Of a stretch of DNA of 24,044 nt, positions 1-8,458 are shown piece by piece. Within the stretch, counting starts at the first letter, position 1. Each line of letters starts with the position of its first letter. Below the pieces are notes generated by a model. The model made no database searches. It saw only the letters and a list, made by a program, of their open reading frames with translations, and was not told the DNA's origin. The position numbers and the translations under genes were made by a program. This DNA comes from a virus (taxonomy: Duplodnaviria; Caudoviricetes): positions 1-24,044 of the IMG/VR virus record IMGVR_UViG_3300020042_007859; one strand, 5' to 3'.

Positions 1-2
1 TG

Positions 3-845
3 CCGGAGGTTCAAGATGAGTATGGTTTTATCTACTCTCACGCTAACGATTGCGATAGTTTGTTGTTTACTGGTATGGCAATTGCTTCGGGCGCAAGCGG
101 CGATATCCGAGCGGCTGAACACCCTAGAGATAAAGGCCGCTGGTATAGAACCCCGGCTCAAGACTGTTACAAAAACTTTGGGTCGAGTGACAAGCCAAAT
201 AGAAAATCTGGATCTTCTATATCAAGAGACATGCTTGGAGGATTACTCTGGGCCGCGAACAATTCGAATAGTTTGGATATAGTCGAAGACTTAATAGATT
301 ACGGCAAGTCTAAAGACTGGGTTATGGGGGAAGGTGCGCTAGACCGTACCTACATGCTTGCGCCGTTTAGACAAACTCTCTACATCATGGCCGGCAAAAA
401 GTATGAGGCTCCGTTCGTGCCGTACTTAGATCCCATTAAAGACCACCAACGCCACATTGTTGCGCTCTACATTCTACTTGAAGGCGAAACCCAAGGCTAC
501 ATCGCTGCGACCTACCTTGAACTCTTTGAAGTTCTCGCAAAAGCCGACCCGAAAAGTTCTCTTTACCAATTCGGCGTTGCCCGCTACGGCACTGGGAACT
601 TTAGCAAAGTCCTCGAAACACTAAACGACACGAAATTATTTCCAAGAGATAGACTGCCAACGACCGCCGACCGCTGCGGACATTGGCTTTGGGAAAGATC
701 GGGCGACCATGAGAATTGGAGACCTTGCGACGAGGATAGAATACACTCGGGCGGAGACTTAACTTTCATGGTTAAGCTGTTAGAGTTAGCGCGTGAAAAG
801 GTGAAATTGCAATTTAACCAAGGGGAGACTAGCGATGGTAGATAA
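3..845 (+). CDS. Hypothetical protein, 5'-truncated at the window edge
   Basis: Frame is open from nt 3 (PEVQDEYGFIYSHANDCDSLLFTGM...), so the true start lies upstream of the track's start at 60. It ends at TAG 843-845. Globular composition with motif-like blocks (CDSLLFTG, GRWYRTP, SISRDM, WLWER, HSGGD). Confidence 0.75.
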   Translation, partial: PEVQDEYGFIYSHANDCDSLLFTGMAIASGASGDIRAAEHPRDKGRWYRTPAQDCYKNFGSSDKPNRKSGSSISRDMLGGLLWAANNSNSLDIVEDLIDYGKSKDWVMGEGALDRTYMLAPFRQTLYIMAGKKYEAPFVPYLDPIKDHQRHIVALYILLEGETQGYIAATYLELFEVLAKADPKSSLYQFGVARYGTGNFSKVLETLNDTKLFPRDRLPTTADRCGHWLWERSGDHENWRPCDEDRIHSGGDLTFMVKLLELAREKVKLQFNQGETSDGR

Positions 846-1005
846 GGACAAAGAGGCTAAATCAGAGGCACTGAAAAAACTGCTTAAAGACAGACTTAGC
901 CCGAAGAAAAAAATGCCTACAAGCATTAAAGAAGAAGACGACGAGTCTGAAGACGATAAAGTTGAAGGCAAAGCCCGAGAAATAACGATAACCGTAAAGG
1001 GTTAA
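835..1005 (+). CDS. Small highly charged protein, 56 aa (MVDKDKEAKSEALKKLLKDRLSPKKKMPTSIKEEDDESEDDKVEGKAREITITVKG); not in the ORF track
   Basis: GGGGAG RBS at 822-827, ATG 835, TAA 1003-1005. It fills the gap and ends 3 nt before the next ATG. Confidence 0.75.
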   Translation: MVDKDKEAKSEALKKLLKDRLSPKKKMPTSIKEEDDESEDDKVEGKAREITITVKG

Positions 1006-1008
1006 TAT

Positions 1009-1917
1009 ATGAGTGTAGCCGCGTACACGACCGCCGACCTACTTTCTGATATTAAGCAGGAAGGCATGATACCAACGTCGCAGACAACCTACGAAAACAG
1101 CGATATTTTGGAGTTAGCCACACGCCAACTTCGTTCAAAGGTCGTGCCGTTACTTGCCTCGGTTCGTGAGGGCTACATGATATGGCCGGGAACGATTACG
1201 CTCACTTCCGGGACGACTAAATACAATATTCCGGAAAGATCCGTTGTACTGAGTCTAGACGATGTCTTGGTTTTGGAGACTAACGGCTCTGAACGTAGTC
1301 TACCGCTTATCGATTCATCTTTGCGAGATAGATATAATTCATCCAGTCAGGCCATGGCGTTTTATATTGAATGGAATAAGCTAGTCTTAACTCAAGACCC
1401 GGGAACCCGGTATACTACACTTAGTACTCCATACATGATTAGACCGGGGAAATTAGTTGAAACAACCGAAGCAGGAAAAATTACAGCTATTAACACGGGT
1501 ACGGGCGTGGTTACAGTCAACAACTTTCCGACTGATTTTACTACTGCTATACATTATGATTTTATCCGTGGCGCTGGCGGTTACGAGTATCTGTCTATCG
1601 ATGCTACCGCTACCGCTGTCGATTCAGGTACGTCTACATTAACTTTTGCATCTTTGCCAACCGGCCTTGCTGTTAACGACTGGATAGCCTACGCGGGAGA
1701 AACTCCAGTAGCTCAGATACCCGAAGACTTAGCCCCGATACTCGTCTACGAAACCTTGACCAAACTATTAAAATCTCTAGGTGACTGGGACGGGGCAAGA
1801 GCGGCGGCTGAAGAATTGAAAGAACTTAAAGAATCTCTTATCAAAGTACTAAATCCAAGAGTTCAAGGTGAAACGAAATTTGTAGTGACCGGAAATCGTC
1901 GAGGGCCGTACAATTGA
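1009..1917 (+). CDS. Putative head-to-tail adaptor (tail tubular protein A-like)
   Basis: 302 aa with helical N- and C-termini (TTADLLSDIK...; AQIPEDLAPILVYETLTKLL) around a beta-rich middle. Lies directly upstream of the nozzle-like gene, as in podoviruses. Confidence 0.6.
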   Translation: MSVAAYTTADLLSDIKQEGMIPTSQTTYENSDILELATRQLRSKVVPLLASVREGYMIWPGTITLTSGTTKYNIPERSVVLSLDDVLVLETNGSERSLPLIDSSLRDRYNSSSQAMAFYIEWNKLVLTQDPGTRYTTLSTPYMIRPGKLVETTEAGKITAINTGTGVVTVNNFPTDFTTAIHYDFIRGAGGYEYLSIDATATAVDSGTSTLTFASLPTGLAVNDWIAYAGETPVAQIPEDLAPILVYETLTKLLKSLGDWDGARAAAEELKELKESLIKVLNPRVQGETKFVVTGNRRGPYN

Positions 1918-1930
1918 AACTAACTCACGC

Positions 1931-1965
1931 ATTTCACGGACGAGATATAAACAGCCAGGGAGGGC
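1931..1965 (+). promoter_or_regulatory. Two ANGGAN-loop hairpins (CsrA/RsmA-type sites), the second covering the RBS of 1969
   Basis: ATTTC-ACGGAC-GAGAT at 1931-1946 and GCC-AGGGAG-GGC at 1954-1965. TCACGGACGA matches (A/U)CANGGANG(U/A) exactly. Confidence 0.5.
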
Positions 1966-1968
1966 GGC

Positions 1969-4533
1969 GTGAGTCAAACTCTAGAGCTTAAGGCTAGGGG
2001 CCTATACACGTTCCCATCGGAACTTAGCGAAGTTCCCGAAGGTGCGTTATCAAAGGCCGACAATGCCAATATTGACAAAGAGGGCATTATAACGCCTCGT
2101 CGCGGTCTTGACCGAGAGGCGTATGTATTAGGTACGACAACCGACCGGGTTAAAAAGATATTCGAGTACAAAGATTCAAAAATTGTACATTACAACACTA
2201 ACACAATGGCGAGGGATACGGGCTCGGCCTACTCCGATTACTCGGGAACGTATAACCCGCCGGACTCTACGACGCCAATTCGTTCGGCTGAATCAAACCA
2301 AAACTTCTATTTCACCACTACCGCCGGAGTTTATAAACTAGACGCCGTCGCCGGAACTCCCGTTGTCGGCGGAGCCCCGAGAGGGCTATCGATAGCCGTA
2401 TCTTTAACCGGATCTAGCGGCTTTCTCGTCGACGCCGGCTCAGGCGACGCCGTGGCATACCGTGCGGTTTGGGGTTACAGGGATGCTAACGACAACTTAA
2501 TACTCGGCGCACCGAGCGAGCGACAACTAGCAATTGCAGCTAACGCAACCCTTAGCGGCTCAGGCGGTACGCCCGTTAGTCGCGACGTGAGTCTAACGGT
2601 AACTATCCCGGCGGGGGTTACGACGTCTTGGATTTATCAAATTTACCGCAGCGCAAATACCGGCAACGAGGCAACCGAGCCGTCCGATGAAATGCAGCTA
2701 GCCTACGAAAGTACTCCGACGTCGGGCCAAATATCTGCCGGAACATTAACGGTAACTGACTCGACGCCGCAGGCGGTTAGAGGCGCTACACTTTACACGT
2801 CACCAAGTCAACAAACTATCGCCCAAGCTAACGACCAACCGCCGTTAGCTGAAGACATCGCCGTATATAAAAACCATATGTTTTTTGCTAACACTAAACT
2901 GAAACACAGATACCAGGTCGCGCTACTTGCCGCCCAAGGCACGGCCACAACGCCCGATACATCTCTAAAGTATGACGACGTTGTTACGATTAATTCGGTG
3001 GCGTATACTGGTAAATCATCGACAACCGTAGCAAGCAACCAATTTAAGGTATTCTCCGCTGGAACACCCTCCCAAGACATTAGAGATACTGCTGTGGAAC
3101 TATGCCGAGTCATTAATCAATCGGCGTCTAACACCGGATCAAATGCAATATACGCTTATTACGTCTCTGCGGTTAATGACACGCCGGGGAAAATATTATT
3201 TGAGTCTAGAAGTGTGGGAGGCGCACAATTTAGCCTTACTTTTACCCCACAAGTCGCAGGATCTAATCCGTGGACTCCAAGCCTCCCTACATCTGGAACC
3301 ACTGCATCCAGTAGTAACGACCAATTTAAAAATGCTGTCTACTTTTCTAAACCCCTACAGCCCGAAGCTGTACCTACATCCAACTTTTTTCGGGTAGGGA
3401 GCGCAGATGATGAAATACTTAGGATTCTACCTCTACGCGACTCTCTCTTCATACTTAAAGAAAATGAAGGTATCTATCGTCTCACTGGAGAGGATAGTAC
3501 TAGTTTTCGTGTCGATTTATTTGATTCTACGGCTAATATCCGGGCCCCCGAAACTGCCGTAGTTTTATCTAACGCCATTTATGCGTTAACCGACCAAGGT
3601 GTGGTGCAAATAACTGAAACCGGGGTTAGTGTTATATCTCGTCCGATTGAAGACCAAATACTAGACCTTTTCAGTTACGGCCTAACGGTAGTCTCTACCT
3701 ACAGCTACGGGATAGCCTACGAAACCGACCGGAAGTATATCCTTGCGACCGTTAGTAGCGCGACCGATGTAGCCGCCGACCAATACTTTGTTTACAACAC
3801 GTTCACGAAAGCATGGACTCGCTGGGATAACTTTTCATCACGTCACGGGATGGTTAAAGAGAGCAACGATAAACTCTACTTCGCTGACTCTGCCAGTGCC
3901 TATATTTTGGCTGAGAGAAAGACCAACACCAACTTTGACTATGCCGACTACAGGATAGCTGCGACCATTAGCGCCGTATCAGGCGACGGGTTAACCATAA
4001 CCTTAAACAACACCGACACTATGGCTTCGGGCGACATTATATACCAAAGCAGTACCGTGTTTAGTGTCATTGACTCAGTCAACACGGTCGCCGGTACGGC
4101 TACGATGAAATACAACGGCAGTCTAACCGCTGCGGCGGCTACCATATATGCTTCCATCCCGGTTCATATTCGCTGGGTTCCCGTACATGCAGGAAACCCC
4201 GGCAAAATGAAACACTTTAGGGAAGTGGGATTTTTGTTTAGGCGTAACTTTAACATTAAAGCCTTTGCCGAATTCTTTTCGGAGATAAGCCAAAGTGTAG
4301 AAACCGTAGCCCTTGACGGCCCGTCCGCCGGAATATTCGGGTTTTTCATCTTTGGGGCCCTGCCTTGGGGAGGTCAATCGGGCCGAGCCCCTGAGAGGAC
4401 CTACGTACCGCAGCAAAAGCAGCGATGCACACAACTAAACGTCGGCTTTAAGCACAATATTGGCTTTAGTGACTTCCAACTAAACGGCATGAGTACGCAT
4501 TACGTGGAAATGTCTGAGAGGTTTGCTAAGTAA
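1969..4533 (+). CDS. Putative tail nozzle (tail tubular protein B / P22 gp10-like stabilisation protein)
   Basis: 854 aa, beta-rich. The N-terminal ...GALSKADNANIDKEGIITPRRG and the later VYFSKPLQPEAVP...RDSLFILKE...YALTDQGV and GNPGKMKHFREV segments resemble podovirus nozzle propellers. Sits between adaptor and ejection genes. Confidence 0.7.
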   Translation: MSQTLELKARGLYTFPSELSEVPEGALSKADNANIDKEGIITPRRGLDREAYVLGTTTDRVKKIFEYKDSKIVHYNTNTMARDTGSAYSDYSGTYNPPDSTTPIRSAESNQNFYFTTTAGVYKLDAVAGTPVVGGAPRGLSIAVSLTGSSGFLVDAGSGDAVAYRAVWGYRDANDNLILGAPSERQLAIAANATLSGSGGTPVSRDVSLTVTIPAGVTTSWIYQIYRSANTGNEATEPSDEMQLAYESTPTSGQISAGTLTVTDSTPQAVRGATLYTSPSQQTIAQANDQPPLAEDIAVYKNHMFFANTKLKHRYQVALLAAQGTATTPDTSLKYDDVVTINSVAYTGKSSTTVASNQFKVFSAGTPSQDIRDTAVELCRVINQSASNTGSNAIYAYYVSAVNDTPGKILFESRSVGGAQFSLTFTPQVAGSNPWTPSLPTSGTTASSSNDQFKNAVYFSKPLQPEAVPTSNFFRVGSADDEILRILPLRDSLFILKENEGIYRLTGEDSTSFRVDLFDSTANIRAPETAVVLSNAIYALTDQGVVQITETGVSVISRPIEDQILDLFSYGLTVVSTYSYGIAYETDRKYILATVSSATDVAADQYFVYNTFTKAWTRWDNFSSRHGMVKESNDKLYFADSASAYILAERKTNTNFDYADYRIAATISAVSGDGLTITLNNTDTMASGDIIYQSSTVFSVIDSVNTVAGTATMKYNGSLTAAAATIYASIPVHIRWVPVHAGNPGKMKHFREVGFLFRRNFNIKAFAEFFSEISQSVETVALDGPSAGIFGFFIFGALPWGGQSGRAPERTYVPQQKQRCTQLNVGFKHNIGFSDFQLNGMSTHYVEMSERFAK

Positions 4534-4931
4534 TGGCGGGTTTACAAAGACTTAAAAGGTTTGTTACCGAAGACTACCCAAGTCAAGCCGAGTGGATTGG
4601 TCAATTGCTAGACCCTTTGAATCAATTCATCGATACGGTGTTTGGTGCTTTAAATAAAGGCTTAACGTTCCGTGAAAACGTCCGATCCGTGGTGAAAGTA
4701 TTAGAATTTGTCGAGGCTACTAGCGCCTACCCGATGAAATTTGCTTGGGATTTAAAAGGTGGCGGGCCAACGGCTCTAATTGTGGCGCGGGTAGTATATA
4801 ATAGTACTGCGCCCACAACAACCGTCGGAGCCGATTGGTCGTTTGACGGCACTAGCATTTCGATTAGAGATTTTTTCGGGCTAACTAACGGTGAATCATA
4901 TAAAATAACCGTTATCGCCTTTACAGCATAA
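4533..4931 (+). CDS. Putative small virion/tail protein
   Basis: 132 aa, TAATG-coupled to the nozzle gene. N-terminal helix (LLDPLNQFIDTVFGALNKGLTFREN) followed by a beta domain. Confidence 0.55.
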   Translation: MAGLQRLKRFVTEDYPSQAEWIGQLLDPLNQFIDTVFGALNKGLTFRENVRSVVKVLEFVEATSAYPMKFAWDLKGGGPTALIVARVVYNSTAPTTTVGADWSFDGTSISIRDFFGLTNGESYKITVIAFTA

Positions 4932-4941
4932 GAGGGATTGT

Positions 4942-6198
4942 ATGGCATACCTACCGCAGGAAGAAGAAGACCAAAACCCAGGCCAAAGTGTGGCTACTGG
5001 GGGCTCGGCTGTAGTTCCGCCCACTACCGGCGGGGGTAGCGGCTCACAATTAGGCGGCGGAGGCTCCGTAGCCCCAATGGCCGGGTCGACTCAAAAGGGT
5101 ACCGGGTTCGTAAATACTCAAGACTACATCAAAGCAAACGAGGGCCAAAAGTTTGGCGCTCAAGTAGCGGGCGATGTCGGCAATGTAGCCCAAGGGGCCG
5201 TAGATAGCCTCGGCGGCGTACAACAATCCTTTAACGACAACGCCAACAAGGGCCTGGTTAGACCCGATGACAATATTCTAAAGAACATAGCTGCGGGCAA
5301 AGCCCGATCCGTCGTAAATAACCCCGGCCAATTAAAGAAATACAACGAAATGGCGGGAGCTACCTACAAAGGCCCCGGCGAGTTGAGCGAAATGGAGGGG
5401 TTCGGCGACTTATCCCAGAAATACGGGAAAGCCCGAAGCTATTTGAACAACACGGCCACGGAACCGGGCCGACAAACCCTACTCGGCGACATGTACGCCG
5501 TGCCGAATTACACCGGCGGCATGAGGGGGCTAGATCAAATGATACTCCAAGCCGACCCTAACTCTAGAGACCAATTACAGACTATCCGAGATAGATACGC
5601 AGACATTGACGACGACATAATCGTTGCAAGTCAGGCGGCTCAAGGCGTAGCTGAAGGAAAGCGTGCCGAAGCTGAGAGAATAAAAAGACGAGTAGCCAAC
5701 GCTACTAATTCGGCAAAGGGCTCGTTAACTACAACCTTGAAAAGAAACCTGGCGAGAACAAACAAAGATAGGGACGCGGAGTACGCCACGAAATTAGCGG
5801 CAGCCATTGAGGACGCTCAAAAGAATACGCCGAATGCTCTTTATACCCCCGAGCAAATAACCGCCGCCGTAACCGCAGCGTCCAAAAAAGGGAAAGGCTA
5901 CACTAGTGTTAGCCAGGCGGCCAGCGACGACGACGTTGCTCAGTACAACGCCCTATCCACCTTGATGGGTAACCCCGGCGACACTATCTCTAGACGCGGC
6001 GGGAACGAGGTCTATACCCTGGGCGACTGGATTAGCAGACTGCCAGCCCTAGATAACGGCGGCCAAATGTCAGCCCCAACTAAAGGGCCCGGCGGCTACG
6101 TAGAACAAACTAGACGCAAAACAGAGAATTCGGCGGTTGGTGAAGCGGTTAAGAAAATATCGCCAACGGCTAAGGTTAAAAAGAAACTGGGATTTTAA
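4942..6198 (+). CDS. Putative internal virion / DNA ejection protein
   Basis: 418 aa, Gly/Ala/Gln-rich, low complexity and Cys-free. First of four such ORFs after the tail genes. GAGGGA RBS. Confidence 0.55.
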   Translation: MAYLPQEEEDQNPGQSVATGGSAVVPPTTGGGSGSQLGGGGSVAPMAGSTQKGTGFVNTQDYIKANEGQKFGAQVAGDVGNVAQGAVDSLGGVQQSFNDNANKGLVRPDDNILKNIAAGKARSVVNNPGQLKKYNEMAGATYKGPGELSEMEGFGDLSQKYGKARSYLNNTATEPGRQTLLGDMYAVPNYTGGMRGLDQMILQADPNSRDQLQTIRDRYADIDDDIIVASQAAQGVAEGKRAEAERIKRRVANATNSAKGSLTTTLKRNLARTNKDRDAEYATKLAAAIEDAQKNTPNALYTPEQITAAVTAASKKGKGYTSVSQAASDDDVAQYNALSTLMGNPGDTISRRGGNEVYTLGDWISRLPALDNGGQMSAPTKGPGGYVEQTRRKTENSAVGEAVKKISPTAKVKKKLGF

Positions 6199-6209
6199 GG
6201 AGCTAGATC

Positions 6210-7451
6210 ATGGCAGGTGGAACAATACTAGGCGGAGAATACGGCAATTGGGCCTCAAAAGGCGACCGAGAAAAGTCGGGCCGTATCCTGCGGGAAAGCC
6301 GAAACATGTGGGCCGGCATGGAACTGCCGGACATAGAGAAACAAGAACTCGATTTAGACTCATACGGCGACCCGCAATTAGAGAAAGCCATACTCCAAGG
6401 AAGCACCGCGTTAAACGACATTAGTCTAGACCCGTCGACTCGCAACGCCCAAGCCCAGGCCCTAGCACGTCTTCAAGGCATAGCCTCCGAAGGCGGTATG
6501 GACTCAATCGATAGAGCTCGCATGGCTGACATCATGAGTCAGGCGACCGGCATGGCTAAAGGCCAACGAGATGCGATATCTCAAAACCTCCAAGCGAGAG
6601 GCATGGCCGGTTCAGGTCTTGAAATGGTTCAGCAACAAATGGCGAACCAAAACGCCGCCCAACTAGCTAACACCGGAGGGCTCCAAACCTCAGCCGACGC
6701 ACAACGCCGAGCCCTTGACGCCCTGATGAATTCAGCAACCCTCGGCGGGCAAATGAGAACCCAAGACTACGGCATTGCCTCGGATAAAGCTCGGGCTCAA
6801 GACGCCATTAACGCTTTCAATACCGGATCTAAACAAGGCATCCAAGAACGCAACGTTGGCCGAACTAACGCCACGGCTTTAGGCAATACCGATCTAAGGA
6901 ACCAACAACAAGTAGCCAACAAAGGTCTACTGCAACAACAATACGAGAATAAAATAGCCAAAGCTCAAGGCTTAACCGCAGCTAACGCCGCTCGTTCGGG
7001 CCAACTTGCCCAACAAGCCGCCGAGACTCAGCAACGACATGCGGCGCAGGGTAAAGCTCAAGACGATATGGCAGTCGAAGGTTTAAAAGCCGGCGGTTCA
7101 ATGATGGGTATGATGTCAGATGAAAGGTCGAAAGAGAATATCAAAGACGTGTCAAAAGAAGACTTAAAAGAATTCTTTGCCGCTGTCAATCCTAAACTTT
7201 TCACCTACATCAACGACGAACACGAAATGGCAGCGGCGGGCGAACGCATAGGATTTATGCTCCAAGACGTTCAAGGCACTAAGCTCGGTAAATTGATTAC
7301 TCGAACGGGCGAAGACGGTATGCTCTACTATGACAAAGATAACCTTTACGGCATTATACTTGCCGGACTTTCAATGTTACAGGGTAGTCAGCTTGCCGCC
7401 GACAATGCTTATGGTATCTCAATCGCCGGCCTTTCAATGGGAGTCGCGTAA
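6210..7451 (+). CDS. Putative DNA ejection protein with a C-terminal Peptidase_S74-like intramolecular chaperone domain
   Basis: Ala/Gln/Met-rich helical body, then SDERSKENIKDV...PKLFTY...RIGFMLQDV, matching S74 motifs SDxRxK and GF(I/M)AQ(D/E)V. TAAGGAG RBS. Confidence 0.7.
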   Translation: MAGGTILGGEYGNWASKGDREKSGRILRESRNMWAGMELPDIEKQELDLDSYGDPQLEKAILQGSTALNDISLDPSTRNAQAQALARLQGIASEGGMDSIDRARMADIMSQATGMAKGQRDAISQNLQARGMAGSGLEMVQQQMANQNAAQLANTGGLQTSADAQRRALDALMNSATLGGQMRTQDYGIASDKARAQDAINAFNTGSKQGIQERNVGRTNATALGNTDLRNQQQVANKGLLQQQYENKIAKAQGLTAANAARSGQLAQQAAETQQRHAAQGKAQDDMAVEGLKAGGSMMGMMSDERSKENIKDVSKEDLKEFFAAVNPKLFTYINDEHEMAAAGERIGFMLQDVQGTKLGKLITRTGEDGMLYYDKDNLYGIILAGLSMLQGSQLAADNAYGISIAGLSMGVA

Positions 7452-8458
7452 TGGAACCCGAAGACCAAAAAGAAAAACCATCGTACGAACAACTACTAGC
7501 TGAACTCCAAGGCCTTAAGTCAGGCGGACCCAGCGAAGCGGACATAAAGAGTGATGAAGAGTCTAGAAAGAGCGCCAAAATGGGAGCGGTTCTTGAAGCC
7601 CTCGGCGCTGGTTTAGGCCGAGCCTCTGACACTTTATTCCAAGGCTACACCGGGAAGGCGGTCGCTAACCCCAGCGGCGGCTATGAGAATAACGCCATTA
7701 GGCAGTATTTGTCAGACAAAGCCGACAAACGCCGGGCGTCTCAAGAGGCCGCCGATCAAAAGTTTAAACTTGCTCAGTATATGCAGCAACAAAAAATGGC
7801 CGAAGGACGAAACGCGAAAGAAGACTCTCAATTCTCTGAAAATGTTAAACTTAAACGTGAAGAAATGGCTCAAAAAGAGCGATTAGCTCAGGCCGCCGCA
7901 GCGGCTAAGTCGGCCGCCGGCGGACCCGGCGGTAGAGCCCTAACATCAGGAACGGCTAAAGAGATTGGCGAGTTTGACGCGGCGATAGACATGGCCGACA
8001 GACTCAAGAAACTCTACGACAATAAGGCCGCGTCGACCGGCTCTAGCGCTCTTTCTTATATTCCGGGCACCGATGCTTTTGAGTATGACAAAGACAGAGA
8101 CGTTGCCGCACAGACTATCGGCGGAATTCTTGAGGGCGGCAAACTAACTGAAGAGGACTACAATCGATATAGGGATATGCTTCCAAAGCCGACCGACACC
8201 AACTCCGTCGCCCAAGTGAAGGTCGATGCCATTAAAGAACTCATCACGGCTCGTAAACGCGGCGGGGTTGAGGCTCTAGGACAATCCGGTTATAATGTCG
8301 CTAATATCCCGGTAGCTGAAAGAAAAGACATCCCCAGCCGAGCCCAGGGCGGTAAACTTTTAAGTGGTTCGGCTACGGCATCGGACGGCCCCCAAGAGAA
8401 AACAGTTAACGGCAAGCGCTACCAAAAAGTTGAAGGCGGTTGGAAGAGGATAGATTAA
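7451..8458 (+). CDS. Putative DNA ejection protein
   Basis: 335 aa, charged and helical, TAATG-coupled at both ends. Ends in the beta-hairpin-like EKTVNGKRYQKVEGGWKRID. Confidence 0.55.
   Translation: MEPEDQKEKPSYEQLLAELQGLKSGGPSEADIKSDEESRKSAKMGAVLEALGAGLGRASDTLFQGYTGKAVANPSGGYENNAIRQYLSDKADKRRASQEAADQKFKLAQYMQQQKMAEGRNAKEDSQFSENVKLKREEMAQKERLAQAAAAAKSAAGGPGGRALTSGTAKEIGEFDAAIDMADRLKKLYDNKAASTGSSALSYIPGTDAFEYDKDRDVAAQTIGGILEGGKLTEEDYNRYRDMLPKPTDTNSVAQVKVDAIKELITARKRGGVEALGQSGYNVANIPVAERKDIPSRAQGGKLLSGSATASDGPQEKTVNGKRYQKVEGGWKRID

Noticed and set aside
16-282. 88-aa + ORF with a TM-like N-terminus and coiled coil (spanin- or holin-like look)
   Set aside because: Fully nested out of frame in the 3..845 gene. 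The GGAGG upstream is suggestive, so overprinting cannot be excluded, but there is no other support.
7338-7439. Diversity-generating retroelement VR/TR pair
   Set aside because: Differences are mostly synonymous C/T rather than adenine-specific, the repeat is short, and no reverse transcriptase is present.
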